DNA from: Phyllobates terribilis
Taxonomy: Eukaryota
Assembly (NCBI RefSeq): GCF_046119375.1
Contig: NW_027362762.1
Span: 127,348,001 to 127,412,000, forward strand
Length of the DNA: 64,000 nucleotides
Reading direction: 5' to 3'
Notes under the pieces: model-generated
Databases searched by the model: none
What the model was told of the DNA's origin: nothing
Seen by the model: the letters and a program-made list of their open reading frames with translations, nothing else
Part shown: positions 1 to 11,261 of the stretch, one piece after another
How positions within the stretch are numbered: the stretch's first letter is position 1
Layout of the letters: each line of letters starts with the position of its first letter
Translations under genes and position numbers: made by a program

Positions 1-2
1 TA

Positions 3-2516
3 CGCCCCTGTATTGATTATAGAGGACTCAATCAGATCACCGTAAAAAACAAATATCCTCTGCCGCTCATCTCCGAGTTGTTTGATCGCCTTAAGGGCGC
101 CAGGATCTTTTCCAAGCTGGATCTACGTGGAGAGTATAAACTGGTCCGAATCTGTCAAGGAGATGAGTGGAAGACGGCATTCAATACCCGGGACGGTCAC
201 TATGAATACCGTGTGATGCCCTTCGGTCTCTGCAATGCTCCCGCTGTCTTCCAAGAATTGGTCAACGACATCTTCCGTGATCTTCTTTACTCCTGCGTGG
301 TGGTATACCTGGACAATATCTTGGTCTTCTCTCCGGATCTTCCCTCACACCGGAGGGATGTTCGTCAGGCCCTGCTTAGGCTCAGGCAGAACCACCTCTA
401 TGCAAAATATGAGAAGTGTCTCTTCGAGCAGACCTCTCTTCCATTCCTGGGCTATGTTATCTCAAAGACAGGCCTACGAATGGATCCTGAGAAGCTCTCT
501 GCTGTCCTAAAGTGGCCCCGTCCGGAGGGGTTGAAGGCGATTCAGCGATTCCTAGGCTTCGCCAACTACTATCGTCTCTTCATCCCGCACTTCTCTTCTC
601 GGACTGCTCCCATATCTATGCTCACCCGTAAGGGAGCAAATCCCAAGGAATGGTCACCCGAAGCTGAGGAGGCCTTCCTTTCCTTAAAGCAAGCCTTCTC
701 CTCGGCCCCAGTGCTGCACCGTCCGGATTGCAACAAACAGTTCTACCTGGAGGTTGATGCTTCCTCCTCCGGAGCCAGAGCGGTGCTCACCCAAAAGTCT
801 TCTTCCGGGAGAATGGTAACCTGCGGCTTCTTCTACAAACTCTTCTCTTCCTCGGAGCGCAACTACACCATAGGAGACCGAGAACTGTTAGCCGTTAAAT
901 TGGCGCTGGAGGAGTGGCGTTACCTGCTTGAAGGGGCTCTATACCCGGTGATCATCTATACGGATCACAAAAACCTGGCATATCTCCAGAATGCCCAAAG
1001 ACTCAACCCGCGCCAGGCCCGGTGGTCCTTGTTCTTCGCTTGCTTCGACTTCGTCCTACACTTCCACCCGGCCCACAAGATTGTCAAAGCCGACGCCTTG
1101 TCCCGATCCTTCTTGTCCTTCGATTAAGAGGAGAAGCCTATGCACATCATCGACCCCTCCAAAGTGATGAATGTGGCCCCCTTGGATCTGACTCGTCTTC
1201 CACCCGGTAAGACGTTTGTAGCAGTACCAGATCGTGTGAAGGTTCTTCGCTGGGGTCATTCATCTAAACTAGCCGGCCATGCTGGCCAAAAGAAGACCTT
1301 CCTGCTCATCGCCCGACATTACTGGTGGCCTACCCTGTGCAAGGATGTGGTAGACTTCGTCTCAGCCTGTTTGTCCTGTGCCCGCAACAAAGTTCCCAGA
1401 CATCTACCAGTCGGTCATCTCCTGCCTCTTCCCGTACCTGATGCTCCATGGCAACACATTGCTATGGACTTTATCACAGATCTTCCTGTCTCTGCCGGTT
1501 GTACAGTCATTTGGGTGGTCGCCGACCGCTTTTCTAAAATGGCTCACTTCATTCCCCTGCCTGGTCTCCCGTCTGCATCAGTGCTAGCTAAAGACTTCTT
1601 CCTCCACATCTTCCGTCTCCATGGCCTACCCCTCCACATCGTGTCGGATCGAGGGGTTCAGTTCACCTCTCGTTTCTGGCGAGCTACGTGTAAGCTGCTG
1701 GATGTCACCCTGGATTTATCCTCCGCTTATCATCCACAGTCCAATGGTCAAGTGGAGCGGATCAACCAGATCCTTACCAGCTACCTCCGGCACTTTGTTA
1801 ACGCTCACCATACTGATTGGGTGGATCTCCTGCCATGGGCCGAATTCTCCTACAACAACCATGAGAGCGAATCATCTTCCAAGTCTCCGTTCTTTGTAGT
1901 CTATGGTCAACATCCCCGGATTCCGTTTTCCGTCTCCGCTTCTGTGGACAACCCTGCCGCGGAGTCTCTGGTCAGCGAATTTTCCACCATTTGGGAGAGT
2001 ACTAGGTCCGCGCTTCTTCAGTCCTCCGAGCGGATGAAGAGACATGCTGACAAGAGACGACAGGATCCGCCTCAATTCTGTCCGGGAGACAAGGTTTGGC
2101 TCTCCTCCAAACATGTTCGGCTCAAAATACCCTCCTATAAGTTGGGTCCTCGGTTCATCAGTCCATTTTAAGTTCTTAAGCAAATCAATCCAGTGGCCTA
2201 AAAGTTGAAACTCCCAGCCACCTTGCGGATTCCCAACTCCTTCCACGTATCTCTCCTCAAACCAGTTATCTTTAACTCTTTTTCCAACAATCCAGGTTCT
2301 TCCCCTGCTCCGGTTTCTGCTGAGGACGTGTTTGAGGTAGAGAATATTCTGGCCACCAAGAGGGTAAGAGGAAAAACCTTTTTTCTGGTGGATTGGAAGG
2401 GGTTTGGCCCAGAGGAGAGAACTTGGGAACCCAGGGAGAACATCCATGCCCCGCTTCTCCTTGAAAAATTTCTTTCTGGCCTAAAAAAGAGGGGCGTAAA
2501 GGGGGGGGTACTGTAG
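3..2516 (+). pseudogene. pol: pol (RT-RNaseH-IN-chromodomain) of element A, disabled
   Basis: ORFs 78-1127, 1140-2171 and 2205-2516 share one frame, separated by in-frame TAA stops at 1125, 2169 and 2199; RT motif reads YLDN instead of YLDD. Confidence 0.9.
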
Positions 2517-3427
2517 CATCGGCGTCTCTGCCCCCTACCAGGCAGAGACGCCGTCCTTCTCACCTCCCCGCTCCCCGCGCAGCGTCCTCCTGCGCTCCTC
2601 TTCCTGCTGTGCCGGCGCGCGCAGCTTCCTGGGCACTGTGCTTAGGGCGCGCGCGCTCCCTCTCTCTTAAAGGGGCCACGCGCGCCATCCTAAGGAGTCC
2701 CCGGCCAATGGCCGAGGGTCCTCCCATATATAAGTCACCTCCTCCAAAATGGAGGTGCCCGAGCAAAAGTTGTTGCACAGTATACTTACCTCTGCTTCAG
2801 CCCTCAGGTCCAGTTGCCAGCCTGACTACTGTTCCAGTCCGCCAGCCTGACTACTCTCCAGCCTGACAGTCTGCCTTCCTTACTACCCGCCAGTCTGTCT
2901 ATGGGCAAGTCCTCCAGCTTACCAGGAAGCACCTGCCAGTTACCTGCCAGCTACCTGCCGTGCCTACTAGCCCGCTCACCTGGGAGCACTCGCCTGTTAC
3001 CTGCCTGCTACCTGATAGCCTACCTGGAGGCTCCTGCTGTCACTTGCCGTGACCACCTGTCTGTTACCTATAGACTTCAACCTGCTCTGCCGTCACGTGC
3101 CGTGACCACCTGTGTGTTACCTACAGACTTCAACCTGCTCTGCCGTCACGTACCGTGACCACCCGTCGACTATCCAGAGACTTCTGCCTGCGTGTTATGT
3201 CCATCCGCTATACCGGTCCGTCCCAGTCTGCTGACCCGTGGGAGCCACCTGCTCTCTTACAAGGTCGTCCCCAGAGTAGCACCTGGTCCCTCTGCTCGGT
3301 CCCTCCCTGGTCACGGAGTCGTTAGCCGCCGTATGACCAGGGTCGGTCTGAGTTGATACTTAGTCACGCCCCTCTGGGTCCCTCCTTGCACCGCGGCACA
3401 GAGGTTCCACCACCCGGACCCGTAACA
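2512..3427 (+). repeat. 3' LTR of element A (916 bp)
   Basis: Starts TG just after PPT+TAC, ends CA; TATATAA at 2727; homologous to solo LTR 36202-36961. Confidence 0.9.
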
Positions 3428-3781
3428 GTAGTAACACTTTGTGATCACAAGGCACGTACCCTAAATGCTGTTACATGCAGTTGTCGGCTGTATAACACAG
3501 CTAGTATCTTTTAGGTATCAGCTATTGTGCCCACTGCATACACCTGCACATGGTGTGTGACAAACAGTTGAAACCGGAAGTTTACATACACTATATAAAA
3601 AGACACATATGCATGTTTTTCTTAATATCTGACATGAAATCAGAATAAACCTTTCCCATTTTAGATCAATTAGGATTACCATAATTTTTAATATTTGCCA
3701 AATGCCAGAATAATGAGAGAGAGAATGTTTTAAGGCATTTTTATTACTTACTGCCAAGTCAAAAGTTTACATACATTTTTA

Positions 3782-4804
3782 TCAGTATTTGGTACCATTG
3801 CCCTTAAACTGAATGACTTGGGTCAAACGTTCAGGATATCCTTCCACAAGCTTCTCACAATATTTGGTCGGAATTTGTGCCCATTCCTCCTGACAAAACT
3901 GGTGTAACTGATCCAGGTTTGTAGGTCGCCTTGCTCGCACCTGCATGTTCCGCTTTGCCAATAAATTTTCAGTAGGATTGAGATCAGGGCTTTGTGATGG
4001 CTACTCCAAAACATTGACTTTGTTATCCTTAAGCCACTTTGTTACCATTTTAGCAATATGCTTCGGGTCATTGTCCATTTGGAAGACTCATTTCTGCCCA
4101 AGCTTTAACTTTCTGACTGATGTCTTGAGATGCTGCTTCAGTATTGCCCCATAATCTTCTTTTCGCATGATGCCATCTATTTTGTGAAGTGCACCAGTCC
4201 CTCCTGCAGCAAAGCAACCTCACAACATGATGCTGCCACCCCCGTGTTTCACAGTTGGAATGGTGTTCTTAGGTTTCCAAGCTTCTCCCTTTTTCCTCCA
4301 AACGTAAGAATGATCATTATGCCCATAAATTTCAATTTTAGTTTCATCAGACCACAGGACATGTCTCCAAAAATTAAGGTCTTTGTTCCTGTGTGCATTT
4401 GCAAACATTAATCTGGCTTTTTTATGTTTATTTTGGTGTAATGGCTTCTTCCTGGCAGAGTGGCCTTTCAGCCCATGTTGATACAGTACTCGTTTCACTG
4501 TGGATATTGACAAAATCTTACCAGCTTGCGCCATCATCTTCACAAGGTCTTTTGCTTTTGTCCTTGGGCTGATATGCACATGTCGGACCAAAGTACGTTC
4601 ATCTCTGGGACACAGAACCCGTCTCCTTCCTGAGCGGTATGATGGCTGGACATTCCCATCTTGTTTGTACTTGCGTATAATTGTTTGTACAGATGAACGA
4701 GGCACCTTCAGATATCTTGAAATTGTATCCAAGGATGAGCCAGACTTGTGCAAGTCCACAATTCACTTCCTGATATCTTGGCTGATTTCTTTAGACTTTC
4801 GCAT
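3782..4804 (-). pseudogene. Tc1 (SB-like) transposase, 340 codons with nonsense mutations
   Basis: MRKSKEISQDIRK*IVDLHKSGSSL...[10 protein letters not shown]...[15 protein letters not shown]; one frame throughout, at least three internal TGA codons. Confidence 0.9.
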
Positions 4805-5016
4805 GATGCTGCACAAAGAAGCAGTGTGTTTCAGGTGTGCATTAAAGTACATCCACAGATATGTCTCTAATTAACTCAGATGTTGCCAAAAAAACTACCA
4901 GAAGCTTCCAAACACATGACATCATCATATGGGCAGTCCAACATTGTTTAAAGGCATAGTAATCTTAGTGTATGCAAACTTTTGACTTTGCAGTAAGTAA
5001 TAAAAATGCCTTAAAA

Positions 5017-5020
<4 letters not shown>

Positions 5021-5047
<27 letters not shown>
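5021..5047 (+). repeat. (CT)13 microsatellite inside the Tc1 terminal repeat
   Basis: Direct reading; the partner TIR has only a short GA run near 3715. Confidence 0.9.
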
Positions 5048-5051
<4 letters not shown>

Positions 5052-5537
5052 TTCTGGCATTTGGCAAATATTAAAAATTATGGTAATCCTGATTGACCTA
5101 AAACAGGAAAGGTTTATTCTGATTTCATGTAAGCTATTGAGAAAAACATGCATATGTGTATGTGTATGTGTATGTTTATATAGTGTATGTAAACTTCTGG
5201 TTTCAACTGTACATGTGCATCACGTCAGTAAGGGATTAATGGGAAAGGGAATATGCATATTTTTTATGCATATGAGATAAACAGATATTACACTCATGGT
5301 GAAAATAGATACATGTCCCATAAATGGATGAAAATCAGATCAAGTACATTAATGAAATAAGGTCCATTTTTGCTCATGAGCGTGTCTGAATTAGACCTTA
5401 TACTGTCAGGTATATTACACTGCAAAACAAAAGTATTTCAGTGCATTGTATGAACATTAGGTCAAGTACCAAAGTACCTAATAAAGTTTAAAAAAATATT
5501 AAAAACTGTAAACAAAAATACAAGATAAAAACAATTA

Positions 5538-6065
5538 TTAACCACTTAATGACCGCTGATACGCCTTTTAACGGCGGTAGTTAAGGGTACTTAGCTGAGA
5601 CCCTGGAGAACCTGATCAGGGCTGGTTTTTACAGTCCCCTGTCATGTGATTGCCGTTATTCACCGACCTCATAAAAAAAAGTCTGATTTAAAATCAATTT
5701 CTCTCTACTCTGATATGATCTAACATATCAGTGAAGAGGGAAATGAGGTCCCCGAGCCCCCCACAACACCAGCCCTCCTTCTTCTTCTGCTGAAAATGGC
5801 GGGTGCATGAGCAGTGCGCCCGCCAAGATCTGGCTCCATGCACCCAGCAACCACTGGGATTTTTCACATTGGCTGATGGCTTTTGATTACTGTGATAGAC
5901 TCTATCACAGTGATGAAAAGCCCCCTTTAATAGTTTCTGTAAACTTCTTGAATGTGGTTTTGAGCACCTTGAGGCGTGCGGTTTTTAGAATGGTGTCACT
6001 TTTGGGTATTTTCTGTCATACAGACCCCTCAAAGTCACTTCAAATGTGATGTGGTCCGTAAAATG
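5538..6065. mobile_element. Fragment of TTAA-type (Kolobok/T2-like) non-autonomous DNA element
   Basis: Begins TTAACCACTTAATGACC, like the starts at 17163 and 37484; family assignment from recall only. Confidence 0.4.
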
Positions 6066-6869
6066 ATGCTGTGCACAGGTACGTTTTTTTTCTAGCAGAA
6101 CGGATGACAAGGGCCAATACAGGTCTATGGATCAGTGAAAAACACGTAAAGCACACGGATGGCATCAGTGGGCCATCTGTGTTCGGTAGGTGTACTGTAA
6201 GTGTTTAACATTGTAAAGTATAGGAGAAGCGTTGTAATTTAATTCTTTCTTTAACCATACTGAAAAAACACTGATGACACACGGATGACACACTGATGGC
6301 ACCAGTACCATTTTTTCACGTACGAGTTTAAACACGTACATGTGAAGGAGGCCTAAGACTTCATAAAGAACTTTTCTCTGCCAGCACCAGTGTTATATTG
6401 TGTAATAACTCAGCATATCACATCTAATGAGTTCTAGATTGGGGAGTAGAGTAAATAGGTGAATAATATTTGGCAGGGTCACCCATCTGTTCTGGCATAC
6501 AGGCACATAATCAGAAAAAAACAGGAGTTCCACTATACTGATAAACTTTGCATTTGTGCCAAGACTATGGCTTATTTTTGGAACAAGACTCGTTTTCTAT
6601 TGATAAACCTTTTAATTACATTTGTTTATTTTTAGATTAAAGACTCCGTTCTTCTGTAGTGTTAACGGATTTATTTTTTCAGTCAACAATGAATAAAGCA
6701 AGCGGGGAATATCGCCAACAACTTGTCAGCCATTCCTGGGAGAAAAGCAGAAAGAACATTATATCAACAAATAAGCAGATTACTATAACATCTTCTGCTA
6801 TGTGACAGGACTGATAAGTCTACAGAATTCAGTCAAGGTGTGTCTATAGGGTGGGACTGAAGAGAAGAG

Positions 6870-7640
6870 GTCACTACTTGGAAAACCCCTTCTCATTCCC
6901 TATTTTCCCTATTTTTCCCGTTGTAAATAATGACATCTACACTCATCACCAGTGTCGGCACTGTTCCAGTGGTGTCGGCACTGTTCCAGTGGTGTCGGCA
7001 CTGGCTCTCCCAGGGATTGTGTGACATTATGTTACACAATACCTGCGGCCAATCAGCGCTTGCTTCACTTTGCCCTCCTTCAGACAAATCAAGACATCCA
7101 GAGGAAGTGAGAGAGCAGTAGGTCTCACTTCCTCCGATGTACAGTTAGGTCCATATATATTTGGACAGAGACAACATTTTCCTAATTTTGGTTCTAGATA
7201 TTACCACAATGAATTTTAAACAAAACAATTCAGATGCAGTTGAAGTTCAGACTTTCAGCTTTCATTTGAGGGTATCCACATTAAAATTGGATGAAGGGTT
7301 TAGGAGTTTCAGCTCCTTAACATGTGCCACCCTGTTTTTAAAGGGACCAAAAGTAATTGGACAATTGACTCCAAGGCTATTTCATGGACAGGTGTGGGCA
7401 ATCCCTTCGTTATGTCATTCTCAATTAAGCTGGACCTAACTGTATGTGATTTGTTGGAAGGAGAGGAGAGTGAAGACAGCACTGATTGGCCACAGGAATT
7501 GTATGACATAATGTCATGCAATCACTGGGGAGAGCCAGTGCTGACATTACTGGAACGGTGACAGCACCAGTGAAGAGTTATTTTACAAGGGGAAACCTAT
7601 GGATTGAGAAGGGATTTTCCGAGTAGTGGATAACCACTTA
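6870..7640. mobile_element. Fold-back T2-like MITE interrupted by a mini-Tc1
   Basis: Inverted arms (GGCCAATCAGCG...CACTT / AAGACAGCACTGATTGGCC; CACTACTTGGAAAACCCCTTCTC / GAGAAGGGATTTTCCGAGTAGTG); ends ...ACCACTTAA. Confidence 0.65.
7142..7442. mobile_element. 301-bp internally deleted Tc1 derivative
   Basis: TA-CAGTTAGGTCCA...TGGACCTAACTG-TA: terminal inverted repeat and TA duplication. Confidence 0.85.
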
Positions 7641-7812
7641 AATACATTGGAACAGGTTTTGTAAAGAATATGGATGACTTGTCAAGCTCTACACCGCTGT
7701 GAAGACATCTGCCTGTATCAGAACATGCCACAAAACATCACAGAGCCAGTATAGCGCTGCCGTGGATGTAGAAGACCAGAACAAAAAGCTAATAAAAGCT
7801 ATTTTATTGGAC

Positions 7813-7847
7813 TACGCATTTCGGAGACGGTACGTCTCCTTCATCAG
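7813..7847 (-). ncRNA. Minimal hammerhead ribozyme-like motif (Penelope-like element terminal repeat type), probably degenerate
   Basis: Minus strand CTGATGA-A-GGAGACG-TAC-CGTCTCC-GAAA-TGCGTA: both core boxes with a perfect 7-bp stem II; stem I weak. Confidence 0.6.
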
Positions 7848-9239
7848 GTATGTGGCGAAGGATACGGACTACCTACGAAAAGTGTAGTCCAATAGAAATG
7901 TCATCATCCCTTTTTATTCTGGTCTTCTACATCCACAGCAGCGCCCAGACCATACCACCATTCTTTACTCGTTTTGCCAGCTCCTGCGATGTTGGCACTG
8001 TTATTCCCAGGAATTATGTGACATTGCTATGTCATTTGACCACTGCAGCCAATCAGTGGCGTCTTATCTGCTGCAGACTTTCAGTATTTCATCAGAGAAG
8101 ATTTTCACCCTGGCAGAATAGTAAAGCCTACAGCCAATCAGCAGATAGTGATGTCACATAGTTGCCCATAATCCGGTAATCAGAGCACCAACATCACAGG
8201 AAAGGCCCAGTCCGGGAGACAACTATATACATTTTTTTTAAAAAATGTTGTGGGGCACTTAATCATTTAAGAACGAGTTGTCCACTAATGAACAATGCAC
8301 TTAACATCGAAAATTCTTTTTGACAGTATTTACAAGCATAGTCTACTACTCTGATATACAGAAAATTGGCTGGGGTGGAATATTTGTTGCAGTGAGATTA
8401 GATACTTGTACCTTTGCTGGGATTTATGTATTATATACCATATCTGTGCTATGTACATAACATTACATATAAACCAGCTGAGCAGCAAGACTATTTGTAA
8501 AAGAAAATGAAAGATTGTGTTGTATTAAAATGATTTATATTAAAATGCACATAATATTTTCTAAACTATTGACCGCGTTTCACACGAGCAATTATTTCCC
8601 TTACATAGTCCAATAATCCCCATTCCCTCCCCCAGCCTTTCATATTTTAACTCTATGAATCTTAATATAGACTCGGGATGCGGCTTAATTAAGCTACTTA
8701 TAAAAAGACCACTGGCGCTTCCCAACAATGGGAATTACAAGATAGTTACAATTAAGCTTCGCTTTTTTTTCTGCATTTTATTATAGATAAAGACATTTTG
8801 ACATTAATTATAATATGATTGGCCATAATTACTGTCATATTGCCTGTGACTTTACTGATTTTGCTGTTATGAACATTACGTGGTAGAAGCTCTGCCGGAT
8901 CGTGGAACAAATGCATTGTTCATCTCTATGGAGGATGCAAATACAGTTCACAAACTCCATCAGCCGGACCACTGAAGACCTAATGGCAACTTATATGCAA
9001 AATTCCCAACAGACCCCTTTAGTCACCGCTCTTTTCCATTTACTTTATCGCCTATAGTAGCTAAATTCCCAGTATGTTCTCCATGAAATCAACCACAAAT
9101 GAACATTTTACATTGACTAATTCACATTTATACTTCTATTGTACGGGGAAATAAATACAAGAGAAGACAAAAAAAGGATCAGTAATATGTAACCGGGGGT
9201 TCGCCCCACAAAGTCGGGTGCTTTGCTGCAATGTGCCTG

Positions 9240-11261
9240 TGTAACATACCTGGTGGTGGGCTTGCATGGTGCACCATCTCTCACTATGCAAGATCGCAAA
9301 CTTGATCTTCAGTCCAGTCTGCTAGCCTGGCTTCTATTCATGCTGTCTGTTTGTCTCTGTTCTGACTGCTTAGGGTGGCGGCCCGGTTACTTCCTGTTCT
9401 TGTAGCTGCTGTGGGCACACCCCTAATGCGTCCTCAGCCTATTGCTGTCTGTCACTGGATATTTAAACCAGCTCCACCTGGAAGCTGGTGCCTGAGCAAC
9501 TCTAACATTCAGTGTGCTCCTTGACTCTGAAAGTGCCAGGTCCTGATCTGTTCTTGCCTGTCCGCCAACCTGGGGGCTGTATTCCCAGGCCTGTCTGAAC
9601 TATCTCCTAGCCTGTTGTCTGTCCGCCTTCCTGGAGGCTGTATTTCCAGGCCAGTCTGAACACGCTCCTAGCCTGTTCGTCCCGCCTTCTGGGGGCCGCA
9701 TAACCAGACCCGCTCCTGTATCTCGCTGCAGTGTCAGTTCCTGTCTGAACACTCAGTTCCTGTCTGAACACTCTCCTAGTCTGTTACCTGTTTTTCTCTA
9801 TGTCCGTACCTTCCCTTTTTGTGCAGAGTCTGAACCTGCACCTAACTCCTACTCGTTGTCGCTATACTTCCGTTTGTGAGTTTAGAGTCCACTCGCTACT
9901 TCATTGCAAGTATCTTGTGTGTATCTGGTTCTGCCTTTCCCTTCCAGTCTGTTCCGTGTGAACAGAGCCCTGTCCCCTCTGCTCTGCCTTGCTCACCGCT
10001 CCGGCGGTTTCTGCCCGCTCTGCCTTGCTCACCGCTCCAGCGGTTTCTGCCCGCTCTGCCTTGCTCCCCGCTTCAGCGGTTTCTGCCCGCTCTGCCTTGC
10101 TCACCGCTCCGGCGGTTTCTGCCCGCTCTGCCTTGCTCACCGCTCCGGCGGTTTCTGCCCGCTCTGCCTTGCTCACCGCTCCGGCGGTTCCTGCCTGCTC
10201 TGCCTTGCAGACCACTCCGGCGGTTCCTGCCTGCTCTGCCTTGCTCACCGCTCCGGCGGTTCCTGCCTGCTCTGCTTTGCTCACCGCTCCGGCGGTTCCT
10301 GCCTGCTCTGCCTTGCTCACCGCTCCGGCGGTTCCTGCCTGCTCTGCTTTGCTCACCGCTCCGGCGGTTCCTGCCTGCTCTGCCTTGTTCACCGCTCCGG
10401 CGGTTCCTGCCTGCTCTGCCTTGCTCACCGCTCCGGCAGTTCCTGCCTGCTCTGCCTTGCTCACCGCTCCGGCGGTTCCTGCCTGCTCTGCTTTGCTCAC
10501 CGCTCCGGCGGTTCCTGCCTGCTCTGCCTTGCTCACTGCTCCGGCGGTTCCTGCCTGCTCTGCCTTGCTCACCGCTCCGGCGGTTCCTGCCTGCTCTGAC
10601 TTGCTCACCGCTCCGGCGGTTCCTGCCTGCTCTTACTTGCTCACCGCTCCGGCAGTTCCTGCCTGCTCTGCCTTGCTCACCGCTCTGGCGGTTTCTCCCT
10701 GCTCTGCTTGCTCACCGCTCCGGCGGTACCTCTCTGCTCCGCCTTGCCCACCGCTCCGGCGGTTTCCCTCTGCTCTGCTTGTCTACCGCATCTGCGGTTC
10801 TGTTCCTGAATTCCAGTCTGTACTGGACCCTATCCAGCCTGCGCTCCAATCTGCTAGTACCTCTCCGTCTGCACGCCAGCAGTACTTGTCAGTACCCTCC
10901 TGTCTGCATACCAGCCGTGCCTGCCAGTATCCAACTGTCTGCACTCCAGCCGTGCCTGCCAGTGCCCACCTGTCTGCATGCCAGGCGTACCTGCCAATAC
11001 CCACCTGTCTGTGTGCCAGCCTAACCTGCTTATTCCTGTATTCTCCAGTGTGGGTCAACAGCCGTGTCCGGGGTCTGGCCTGGAGTAGCACCTGGTCCCT
11101 CTGCTCGGTTCCTCCCTGGTGCACAGCGTCGTTAGCCGTCGTGCGACCTCGGTCGGATCGGGTAGATTCTTAGCTACGCCCCTCCAGGCACTCTCCGGTT
11201 CATGGCACAGTGGAATCACTAAATCACGCACACGCCCGTCAGCCCGGGCGTGTGCATAACA
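9240..11261 (+). mobile_element. Solo LTR D (2022 bp), same family as the LTRs of element C
   Basis: TGTAACATACC...GTGTGCATAACA; exact 5-bp TSD GCCTG (9235-9239, 11262-11266); ends match the reverse complement of 23772-25174. Confidence 0.92.
9981..10790 (+). repeat. 36-bp GC-rich minisatellite (~22 copies) inside LTR D
   Basis: Unit GCTCTGCCTTGCTCACCGCTCCGGCGGTTYCTGCCY; 12-aa period in all translated frames. Confidence 0.95.

Larger units (their letters stand above)
1..3427 (+). mobile_element. Ty3/gypsy chromovirus (Tf1/sushi group) element A: 3' part of pol, PPT and 3' LTR; 5' part lies outside the window
   Basis: RT (YRVMPFGLCNAP, VVYLDNI), RNase H (VDASSSG, TDHKNL), integrase (H..H/C..C, HIAMDF, SDRG), chromodomain (FLVDWKGFGPEERTWEP); purine tract ~2483-2508; LTR TGTAGC...CGTAACA. 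Confidence 0.95.
3565..5209 (-). mobile_element. Full-length Tc1 transposon, Sleeping Beauty-like IR/DR subfamily
   Basis: Long TIRs starting CAGTTGAAACCGGAAGTTTACATACAC (3565), inverted copy ending 5209 followed by TA; left TA reads AA. Confidence 0.93.

Noticed and set aside
8860-9010. Possible 100-nt minus-strand exon flanked by AG/GT
   Set aside because: Open frames exist on both strands, splice signals are weak and no protein is recognisable; not supportable without expression data.
9876-11173. Four long overlapping ORFs (231-394 aa) with 12-aa periodicity
   Set aside because: Read-through of an A-poor 36-bp minisatellite with no stop codons in several frames, inside a solo LTR; no evidence of coding function.
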